A stretch of 64,000 nt of DNA from Candidatus Kapaibacterium sp. GTDB lineage: Bacteria > Bacteroidota > Ignavibacteria > Kapaibacteriales > UBA2268. Below the pieces are notes generated by a model, which ran no database searches, was not told where the DNA came from, and saw only the letters and a program-made list of their open reading frames with translations. The stretch covers positions 928,001 to 992,000 of the forward strand of contig OY761611.1 in the NCBI GenBank assembly GCA_963664875.1. Reading direction: 5' to 3'. Position numbers and translations under genes: made by a program. Positions 1 through 7,885 of the stretch are shown piece by piece (within the stretch, counting starts at the first letter, position 1; every line of letters begins with the position of its first letter).

Positions 1-237
1 CCTTATCAGACAGCAACAGAATACCATTTAGAAATCAATGACCCGAAAGCACGAGAATATGAAATCATATTTACTGATGCAAGCGGCAAACAAATACTAA
101 CACAAACATTAAACACAGCAATAGCAGCTAACACAAGTCCAATAGATTTAAACAGCCTAAATTCCGGCACTTACTTTTACATGATTACCTGCAACAATTC
201 GCTAATTTCCACAGGTAAGTTTGTAAATGCAAGGTAG
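1..237 (+). CDS. 3' end (partial) of a T9SS type-A sorting domain protein, upstream copy of the tandem array
   Basis: Frame 1 reads PYQTATEYHLEINDPKAREY...STGKFVNAR with TAG at 235-237, the same peptide as the C-terminus of 1848..3173. Confidence 0.9.
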   Translation, partial: PYQTATEYHLEINDPKAREYEIIFTDASGKQILTQTLNTAIAANTSPIDLNSLNSGTYFYMITCNNSLISTGKFVNAR

Positions 238-324
238 CAGAAGATAATGATAAATTTCCGGTACAAATAAACTCAATTCAGGTAAATTTATTATTGTTAA
301 ATAAATAATATTTACTATTTTATC

Positions 325-351
325 GCAGGAGAGATATTGTTTCTCTCCTGC
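325..351 (+). promoter_or_regulatory. 10-bp perfect hairpin in the array spacer (terminator or 5'-leader hairpin)
   Basis: GCAGGAGAGA-tattgtt-TCTCTCCTGC followed by tttcttt; identical stem-loop at 1793-1819. Confidence 0.7.
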
Positions 352-380
352 TTTCTTTATATAACAAAGGAGATTAAGCT

Positions 381-1706
381 TTGAAATATTTTATACTTTG
401 TATTATTTTCTTTGCTACTTTTCAGCTTTCAAATGCAGAAAAACAGTGGGTAAAGAAACACTTTAGGAGTAACGAAAAGGTAACTGCTATGAAGGTTGTT
501 GATTCTACCAAATTAGTAGTATTAATTGATCATATTGGTTTCTCAAAAGTATATAAATCTTTTGACTCTGGAAATAGTTGGATTAATACTTATTCCTATA
601 ATCATGTTTTGGAAGGAGATTCAGTTGCTAATCAGTTGAATTCTTCATTCATATATGACTCACTTTATTATTATTTTTGTATGTTTCCTCAGCCTGTTAT
701 AGATATTACAAGCGATGGAGGAAAGAACTTTAGAAGAGTTGAGTTTGGAACAATCTCTTCCGACAAAAAAAACTACATTTACGATTTAAACATGAAAGAC
801 AGTTTAATTGGAGTAGTTGTTACTGTAAAAAATATTGTTATCACAAAAGATGGATGGAAATCATATCAAGTATATAATAAACCTAAGGCATATATTAACA
901 CTGATAAGCCCACGTTCTTTATTGATTCGGTTAATATAGCGATGATAAAGCAACTTGCTGGTAGTAACCAGTTTTATAAATTCAACTTAAATACTCTCGA
1001 ATGGACAGAATATAGTATTGAAGTAAAACAGAAAGAAAATGAATATCCTTTGACAATAATTGGTGTTGAAAGGCAATCCGATTCAGTATATCTGGGTGCA
1101 GGATTTCAGAGGGTAAACGATACTACAAAAAATATACATTATGATTTAATATGGAAGAGCACTGACAAAGGTGTAACGTGGGAAGTTATATATAAGAAAT
1201 TAAAAGATCCTAGATTTGGTTTATCTGAAGTACATTTTACAGATAGTTTAAGGGGAATTGCAGGGGGATCAGGAGCAAAATATATGCTTACTGAAGACGG
1301 TGGATATTCATGGGAGTATGTTACTCTTATGGATTATCTATATCAGTCTTCAGGTGATTGTACTTATTGCGGAGATTATCCAATTGCCTGGTTTTTTTCA
1401 GGTGGAGCTTTTCGATACGAAGACGTGACTGGAATCACAGAAGGAATTTTAGAAGAAATCAAAATAAAACCCTATCAGACAGCAACAGAATACCATTTAG
1501 AAATCAATGACCCGAAATCAAGAGAATATGAAATCATATTTTCTGATGCAAACGGCAAACAAATACTAACACAAACATTAAACACAGCAATAGCAACAAC
1601 AACAAATCCAATCGACCTGAATAGTTTAACTTCAGGCACTTACTTTTACATGATTACCTGCAACAATTCACTAATTTCCACAGGCAAGTTTGTAAATGTA
1701 AGGTAG
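381..1706 (+). CDS. Secreted BNR/Asp-box (YCF48-like) beta-propeller protein with T9SS type-A C-terminal domain
   Basis: TTG start after AAGGAG; signal peptide; Asp-box motifs SFDSGNSW, TSDGGKNF, STDKGVTW, TEDGGYSW; C-terminal ...IDLNSLTSGTYFY...GKFV. Confidence 0.8.
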   Translation: MKYFILCIIFFATFQLSNAEKQWVKKHFRSNEKVTAMKVVDSTKLVVLIDHIGFSKVYKSFDSGNSWINTYSYNHVLEGDSVANQLNSSFIYDSLYYYFCMFPQPVIDITSDGGKNFRRVEFGTISSDKKNYIYDLNMKDSLIGVVVTVKNIVITKDGWKSYQVYNKPKAYINTDKPTFFIDSVNIAMIKQLAGSNQFYKFNLNTLEWTEYSIEVKQKENEYPLTIIGVERQSDSVYLGAGFQRVNDTTKNIHYDLIWKSTDKGVTWEVIYKKLKDPRFGLSEVHFTDSLRGIAGGSGAKYMLTEDGGYSWEYVTLMDYLYQSSGDCTYCGDYPIAWFFSGGAFRYEDVTGITEGILEEIKIKPYQTATEYHLEINDPKSREYEIIFSDANGKQILTQTLNTAIATTTNPIDLNSLTSGTYFYMITCNNSLISTGKFVNVR

Positions 1707-1792
1707 CAGAAGATAATTATCATTTCCGATACAAACAAACTCAATTCAGGTAAATTTATTATTGTTAAATAAATAATATTTACTATTTTATC

Positions 1793-1819
1793 GCAGGAGA
1801 GATATTGTTTCTCTCCTGC
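1793..1819 (+). promoter_or_regulatory. Second copy of the array spacer hairpin
   Basis: GCAGGAGAGA-tattgtt-TCTCTCCTGC. Confidence 0.7.
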
Positions 1820-1847
1820 TTTCTTATATAACAAAGGAGATTAAGCT

Positions 1848-3173
1848 TTGAAATATTTTATATTTTGTGTTCTTTTCTTTGCTATTTTTCAGCTTTCAAA
1901 TGCAGAAAAGCAGTGGGTAAGGAAGCACTATGAAGCTAATGAATCTGTAATTGCACTAAAAACCATAGATTCAACAAAAATTATTGCTATCATAGCAGGA
2001 GCTGGTGAATCGATGATATATAAGTCCTTCGATTCTGGGAACACTTGGGAAAATACATATCGTTATTATCATCCTGCTCATGGTGATTCTTTGGCAATGC
2101 TTTCTGTTGGTTCTTTTATCTTAGACTCACTTCACTATTATATTTGTATGTTCCCACAACCGGTCATAGATGTTACTTCTGACGGAGGAAATACTTTTAA
2201 AAGAATTGAATTCGGAACAATTTCATCTGATAAAAAGAATTATATTTTCGACTTAAACATGGCAGATAGTTTAAGAGGATATTTAATAACCCGAACCAAC
2301 ATAATTATTACACAAGATGGATGGAAATCTTTTGACATTTACGATAAGCCATATGAGTATATTGAAACAAACAAACCCTCATTTTACATTGATTCTGTTA
2401 ATGTTGCTATGATAAAGCAAAGATCTGGTAGCAACTTATTTTATAAGTTCAATACCATGACTTATGAATGGTCAAAATATAGCAACGAAGTTTTAGAAAA
2501 AGAAGGCGATTTCCCATATGCAATTATTGATATTGAGTTTATGAATGGTTCTACATTAATGGGTGCAGGCTTTCAGAGGGTAAACGATACTACAAAAAAT
2601 ATCCATTTTGGTTTAATATGGAAAAGCACCGATAGGGGGGTGAATTGGGAAATTGTCCATAGAGAATTAGCAAATCCACGTTTTGGATTATATGAAATAC
2701 ACTTTACTGATACTTTAAGAGGTATTGTAGGAGGAGATGGGGCTAAATATATGCTTACTGAAGATGGAGGGTATTCTTGGGAGTATGTTACTCTTATGGA
2801 TTATCTGTATCAATTTTCTGGAACTTGTGCATATTGCGGAGATTATCCAATTGTCTGGTTTTTTTCAGGTGGAGCTTTTCGATACGAAGACGTGACCGGA
2901 ATCACAGAAGGAATTTTAGAAGAAATCAATATAAAACCCTATCAGACAGCAACAGAATACCATTTAGAAATCAATGACCCGAAAGCACGAGAATATGAAA
3001 TCATATTTACTGATGCAAGCGGCAAACAAATACTAACACAAACATTAAACACAGCAATAGCTGCTAACACAAGTCCAATAGATTTAAACAGCCTAAATTC
3101 CGGCACTTACTTTTACATGATTACATGTAACAATTCGCTAATTTCTACAGGTAAGTTTGTAAATGCAAGGTAG
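1848..3173 (+). CDS. Secreted BNR/Asp-box (YCF48-like) beta-propeller protein with T9SS type-A C-terminal domain, paralog
   Basis: Same length (441 aa) and motifs as 381..1706. Confidence 0.8.
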   Translation: MKYFIFCVLFFAIFQLSNAEKQWVRKHYEANESVIALKTIDSTKIIAIIAGAGESMIYKSFDSGNTWENTYRYYHPAHGDSLAMLSVGSFILDSLHYYICMFPQPVIDVTSDGGNTFKRIEFGTISSDKKNYIFDLNMADSLRGYLITRTNIIITQDGWKSFDIYDKPYEYIETNKPSFYIDSVNVAMIKQRSGSNLFYKFNTMTYEWSKYSNEVLEKEGDFPYAIIDIEFMNGSTLMGAGFQRVNDTTKNIHFGLIWKSTDRGVNWEIVHRELANPRFGLYEIHFTDTLRGIVGGDGAKYMLTEDGGYSWEYVTLMDYLYQFSGTCAYCGDYPIVWFFSGGAFRYEDVTGITEGILEEINIKPYQTATEYHLEINDPKAREYEIIFTDASGKQILTQTLNTAIAANTSPIDLNSLNSGTYFYMITCNNSLISTGKFVNAR

Positions 3174-3195
3174 CAGAAGATAATATAAATAAGCA

Positions 3196-3230
3196 AAGGG
3201 ACTAAACTTCACATTTAGTCCCTTGTTTTT
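3196..3230. terminator. Intrinsic terminator between the array and tRNA-Pro (probably bidirectional)
   Basis: AAGGGACTAAA-cttcaca-TTTAGTCCCTT then gttttt. Confidence 0.75.
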
Positions 3231-3243
3231 ATAAAATTGAATG

Positions 3244-3317
3244 TCGGAATGACTGGATTTGAACCAGCGACCCCTACAACCCCAATGTAGTGCGCTACCG
3301 GACTGCGCCACATTCCG
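3244..3317 (-). tRNA. tRNA-Pro (anticodon GGG)
   Basis: Reverse complement CGGAATGTGGCGCAGTCCGGTAGCGCACTACATTGGGGTTGTAGGGGTCGCTGGTTCAAATCCAGTCATTCCGA folds as a cloverleaf; CCA not encoded. Confidence 0.95.
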
Positions 3318-3359
3318 AATCATATTGCGATGCAAAAATAAAATTTTTATCTGCTATAG

Positions 3360-3935
3360 TCAAGATTTTTTTAAATGCTTAGCAGCTATACCTTCTATTT
3401 CCTGAAATGTCTGCTGCAAATTGTCATTGATGATTACATAATCAAAATCTTTGCTTTGCTCTATTTCCATTTTTGCTCTTGCCAGCCTGATTTGTATCTG
3501 CTCTTCGGTTTCAGTAGATCTGCCGCGAAGTCTTTGCTCGAGTACATTTTCGCTGATAGGAGCCAAAAATATCAATAAGGTATTTTCCGGATAGGCTCTT
3601 TTTAGAGCAAATGCCCCCTTGACATCTATATCGAATAAAAGGATATATCCTGCTTCCAATTTTTTGTCGATTTCTGATTTGAGTGTGCCGTAGTAATTCC
3701 CGAAGATTTCTTCATACTCAGCAAGCTCATCATTTTTTATTTTATTCTCAAATTCTTCTCTTGTCAGATAGTAATAATCCACTCCGAAAGTCTCATTAGG
3801 TCTTTTGGCTCGGGTGGTAGCAGAAATAGAAAATTCCAAATTAGGATACAAAGACCTAAGATGCTTAGAAACAGTAGTCTTTCCCCCACCGCTTGGCGAA
3901 GAAAGAACAATCAGGTTTTTATAGTTTTCTGACAT
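3360..3935 (-). CDS. gmk: Guanylate kinase
   Basis: SSPSGGGKTT P-loop, SATTRAKRPNE, NYYGT, DIDVKG. Confidence 0.95.
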   Translation of the reverse strand: MSENYKNLIVLSSPSGGGKTTVSKHLRSLYPNLEFSISATTRAKRPNETFGVDYYYLTREEFENKIKNDELAEYEEIFGNYYGTLKSEIDKKLEAGYILLFDIDVKGAFALKRAYPENTLLIFLAPISENVLEQRLRGRSTETEEQIQIRLARAKMEIEQSKDFDYVIINDNLQQTFQEIEGIAAKHLKKS

Positions 3936-4017
3936 TGCAACGCTGGTGTAAATATAACAAAGTACAAAAATATACTAATTTCTGCATAAGCTAAATTAAA
4001 ATTCTAAAATGCCATTA

Positions 4018-5220
4018 CTATTGCAAAATGAAACTAATTCTATTAAGCTGGCTTTGAGTATTTATATAGTCTTCTAATCCATACATTTTGCAAATAAGAG
4101 CATATAAATCAATCCCATACAAAGTGCCCGTCTTTACACCACTTTTAAATTGCTTTCCGCTTGCTATAAAAATGCCGTGCATATCAGTATAATATGGGTC
4201 GTATCCATGAGCTCCTTCGACATTTTCAGCATAATTATTTTTGTCGTGCATGAAGAAATGCCCGGGCTCAGCCATTAGAAGTATATCCCCTATGTTGGGG
4301 TCTTGTTTAAAGTTAAGATGCGCTGGTATTTCATTTTTCAAAAAGACTCGGCAATGCTTTAAATCTTTAAGTTTAGAATATATATCTTTTATCTTATCTT
4401 TATCAGAGAAAGAGAAGCGGCAATAAGCACCACTGTTTTGGATTAGTATATCGTCAGCAGCAAACTTGCTTATATCTATAGCTTTTTCAGGGTAAATATT
4501 TGCCATACCGTGGTCTGAAAGGACAATCAAATTAATATCTGCGCGATTATCTGATTTTGCAATTATCTGGCATATTTTTCCAACTGCACTATCCAATCTG
4601 CTGATGGCTGATTTGATTTCTTCTGAATTTGTACCGAATTTATGTCCGATTTGATCTGTGTCGTCAAAATAAAGCATAAACAATTCGGGTACTCGTTCCT
4701 CATGCATCTCATTAAGCCAAAAGTTAAACTTGTCGAACCTGTCTTGATTGCATAGACTATCTGACCAATTTATTGAATACGTAGGCCTTTTCCAAGGAGT
4801 ATAGCTTTCGGAACCCGGCCACAAAAATGCAGCAGAACCAAAACCATATCGTGCTAAAGTTTCCCAAATAAATTCGCCACGATACCACTTTGCAACCATT
4901 TTCGAACTGTTGTCAAAAACTGTATAATTTTCGCCGGTAACCAGATTTTTGAATTTGTTATCAATTATTCCGTGAGATTCGGGATTGAGACCGGTAGCCA
5001 TAGATATATGTGAAGGAAAAGTCTTTGTAGGAAATACGGGCTGAAGCGACAAAGCGGACACTCCCACTCGACTCAAAGAATCTAAAACCGGAGTCTCTGC
5101 CTTATTTATATAATCATATCGAAAACCATCGAGTGAAACTATTACGGTAGTGGGAGCCGCATCGGCAATCCCTAACAAACAAAATGCTACAAAAAGTAAA
5201 ACAACAAGCCTCATACTCAC
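4018..5220 (-). CDS. Ectonucleotide pyrophosphatase/phosphodiesterase (alkaline phosphatase superfamily)
   Basis: Signal peptide; VSLDGFR, FPTKTFPSH, DQIGH, SDHGM, GAHGYD. Confidence 0.9.
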   Translation of the reverse strand: MSMRLVVLLFVAFCLLGIADAAPTTVIVSLDGFRYDYINKAETPVLDSLSRVGVSALSLQPVFPTKTFPSHISMATGLNPESHGIIDNKFKNLVTGENYTVFDNSSKMVAKWYRGEFIWETLARYGFGSAAFLWPGSESYTPWKRPTYSINWSDSLCNQDRFDKFNFWLNEMHEERVPELFMLYFDDTDQIGHKFGTNSEEIKSAISRLDSAVGKICQIIAKSDNRADINLIVLSDHGMANIYPEKAIDISKFAADDILIQNSGAYCRFSFSDKDKIKDIYSKLKDLKHCRVFLKNEIPAHLNFKQDPNIGDILLMAEPGHFFMHDKNNYAENVEGAHGYDPYYTDMHGIFIASGKQFKSGVKTGTLYGIDLYALICKMYGLEDYINTQSQLNRISFILQ

Positions 5221-5293
5221 CTCGGAATGTAAAATGATTATTGAGGCAATTTAAAACTAAATTGTGTTAAATTAAAAAGAATTATAAAAGAAT

Positions 5294-6013
5294 CTAAAAC
5301 GCATTCCTTTCTACTTCGCCAATTATCACCTCAAGGTAATCTCTCTGTCTTGTATCTAATTTATAAGCAATAGTGTTTGTAGCATAAATCAGTTTTCTAT
5401 ATACAGAGCTCATAGTTTCGAGAGCAAACGAAATGTCGGAATCGTTGATGTCAATGCTCAACATTTTAGAATGCCTGTCATAAATATATGCAATCAATTC
5501 GATAGCCTCTAATTCTTCAACTGAAAAGTCGGGAGTTCGGCAATCTTCCCTCCTACTAATCCAGAAATGAGAGTCTGTTGTTTTTGCAAAAGCATTTTTA
5601 AAACATAGGATCATATCTTTGTGCATCGCTTCTATTTTGCAGTACTCCCCTGCATCAACTAATTTTATTATATCATTAGGAATCTGATTATAATCAGGTT
5701 TTTCAAATTTCAGAGTAGAAATGTAATTATAGCCTTCTTCGTTTTGCAAAGTCCATTCGTACCAATCATTATGAAGGACAAGATACCCTCTTTCAGCATC
5801 AACCTGAAACGACTGCATTGTACTTTCAGTATTCAAAGACTCATGAAGCAGTTCAAGCAAAATTCTGAAAGAAAGATTTGCAGCCCAAAAATACTTATTA
5901 TTGAGATTAGATTCCAATATATGCAAGAGCATTTCCAGCTCGCCTTCATAGCTATATACAGCTTTAATTTTTTTGGTTTCCATAGTGAATGTCTCTTTAT
6001 TTGTTTTATACAT
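5294..6013 (-). CDS. Hypothetical protein
   Basis: 239-aa ORF with no family recognised. Confidence 0.6.
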   Translation of the reverse strand: MYKTNKETFTMETKKIKAVYSYEGELEMLLHILESNLNNKYFWAANLSFRILLELLHESLNTESTMQSFQVDAERGYLVLHNDWYEWTLQNEEGYNYISTLKFEKPDYNQIPNDIIKLVDAGEYCKIEAMHKDMILCFKNAFAKTTDSHFWISRREDCRTPDFSVEELEAIELIAYIYDRHSKMLSIDINDSDISFALETMSSVYRKLIYATNTIAYKLDTRQRDYLEVIIGEVERNAF

Positions 6014-6689
6014 AATATATGTTTTATTTGTGATTTAGGACTGAAGATTTTACAGTATTTTGTTTTTTGTAACCGTCGTGTTGCATAAATAATGCTTTTA
6101 TCCCTCATTCACGAGCCATATATTACTTTGTTTAGTTATGTTTTCATTTTGGTATTATTGTTGTGCCTCTCTTTACACTCATAAGCAAGATGACACATTA
6201 ATTAACCAAGATTATTCTTGAATATAAATTTTCTGATTTATACATTCAAAAACAACAATTCAAACGGCAAATCTTCCTATCTGCTTGATTTGTTTGGACT
6301 TCCCTATTTATTTAGTATATATTATTTTATATTTATCATGTTTCATAATATAGAGAGAATCGCTAAATTGTGGGATAGTTAAATCGAGAAATATTTATCT
6401 ATTACACTTTCTGAAACTAATATTATTCACATATTACAGTTTGGGACTTGCTCCCAATCAAAGGAAACAGCCTATACAGATTTTCTTTTAATATTTATCA
6501 AACAGTGTTTTAACCATTATAACTAATTGATATATAATATCTTATAGCCTCCACACTAAATATTGTACCCGTATTCGCCAAATATGACAAAATATATTTT
6601 TTGTTTATTGACTATAAGAATTATATTGAATCGAGAAATTTTTACCGATAAAAATATATCGATAAACTTTTCTCTATAAGGTAGGTGTT

Positions 6690-7337
6690 ATGAAAAATGA
6701 AGACATCAAGATGATACCCGAACCGGCTCTTAGACGATTGCCTCAATACTGGCACCTACTTCGGAGGCTGAGAGACGAAGGTGTTTCGGAAGTTTCAAGT
6801 TCTCGCATAGCTCAGGAAATGAAGTTTGACCCTACACAGGTAAGAAAAGATATACAATACACTGATATAGTAGGCAAACCCAAAACAGGTTACGACATTA
6901 ACCAGCTAATCAAAGCAATAGAATCATTCCTTAACTGGGAAAACTTTGATGACGCTTTCTTAGTTGGAGCAGGAGTACTTGGTCAGGCTATTTTATCCTA
7001 CAAAGCTTTCAAAAACTATGGATTGAACTTTGTAGCAGCGTTTGATATTTCTGATGACAAAATCGGGCAAAAGTTTTTTGATATAGAAGTGCTACCCTTA
7101 GACAAGCTACAAAATCTTGCAAAAAGGATGCACGTACATGTGGGAGTAATCACAACTCCTGCACAGGCTGCTCAGGAAGTAGCAGATATAATGATTAGTA
7201 GCGGAATCATTGCTATCTGGAATTTTGCTCCTGTTTCTCTAAAAGTGCCTGATGATATTGTGGTAGAAAACATACAATTTTCGCAAAGTTTAGCGGTACT
7301 GAGCAGAAAATTGGCATCTCATAAATTACACATATAG
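6690..7337 (+). CDS. rex: Redox-sensing transcriptional repressor Rex
   Basis: IPEPALRRLPQY, QVRKD winged helix; VGAGVLG Rossmann motif; IWNFAP. Confidence 0.95.
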   Translation: MKNEDIKMIPEPALRRLPQYWHLLRRLRDEGVSEVSSSRIAQEMKFDPTQVRKDIQYTDIVGKPKTGYDINQLIKAIESFLNWENFDDAFLVGAGVLGQAILSYKAFKNYGLNFVAAFDISDDKIGQKFFDIEVLPLDKLQNLAKRMHVHVGVITTPAQAAQEVADIMISSGIIAIWNFAPVSLKVPDDIVVENIQFSQSLAVLSRKLASHKLHI

Positions 7338-7360
7338 ATTTGTTATAGTGGAGATAAAAC

Positions 7361-7885
7361 ATGGCGAATACGGGTCATTCTTCATCAGAAATGATGAGAA
7401 AATTTGACAAGGTTTGCAATATTCTCGAAAAACACGAGTATAAAAGCAGCAAACTAATCCCTATACTTCAGGAGGTACAAGAAGAGTACCGTTATCTGCC
7501 TGAGGATGTACTGACTTTTGTTGCAACTTCATTAGATATTTCTCCGGCGAGAGTATATGGTGTTGCTACTTTTTATTCTCACTTCGCTTTAGAACCAAAA
7601 GGCAAATATGTTATCAAAGTATGTGATGGCACTGCCTGCCACGTAATTGGTTCTCAACCTTTAATCAAAGCAATGCGCGAAAAACTTGCTCTTTCTGATG
7701 CAAAGCATACAACTGATGATATGCTTTTTACATTAGAAACAGTATCTTGTCTTGGTGCTTGCGGTCTTGCTCCTGTTGTTGTAGTCAATGAGGAAGTTTA
7801 CTCTCAGATGACTCCTTCAAAATGCCTTAAAGTTATTGAAGAAATTATGATTAAGGAGGATGTCAATGAACCAGCACTTGGATAA
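7361..7885 (+). CDS. hydC: Bifurcating [FeFe] hydrogenase gamma subunit (NuoE-like, 2Fe-2S)
   Basis: GVATFY, VCDGTAC, CLGACGLAP. Confidence 0.9.
   Translation: MANTGHSSSEMMRKFDKVCNILEKHEYKSSKLIPILQEVQEEYRYLPEDVLTFVATSLDISPARVYGVATFYSHFALEPKGKYVIKVCDGTACHVIGSQPLIKAMREKLALSDAKHTTDDMLFTLETVSCLGACGLAPVVVVNEEVYSQMTPSKCLKVIEEIMIKEDVNEPALG

Larger units (their letters stand above)
1..3184 (+). repeat. Tandem gene-sized repeat, unit ~1467-1469 bp (gene plus intergenic spacer), at least 3 copies
   Basis: Stops at 237, 1706 and 3173; starts at 381 and 1848; spacers 238-380 and 1707-1847 are nearly identical. Confidence 0.95.

Noticed and set aside
1-3173. CRISPR array or diversity-generating retroelement as an explanation for the repeats
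   Set aside because: The repeats are gene-sized, differences are not confined to adenines, and no reverse transcriptase or cas gene is in the window.
3138-3335. Short ORFs overlapping tRNA genes (also 27059-27259) and the many 60-130 aa antisense or alternate-frame ORFs inside long genes
   Set aside because: They are shadows of tRNAs or of well-supported genes, with no independent coding signal.
6427-6436. TCACATATTA occurs both upstream of rex (6427-6436) and upstream of hdrC (21755-21764), resembling a Rex half-site
   Set aside because: Neither forms the full TTGTGAA-N4-TTCACAA palindrome, and a 10-mer match in very AT-rich DNA can arise by chance.
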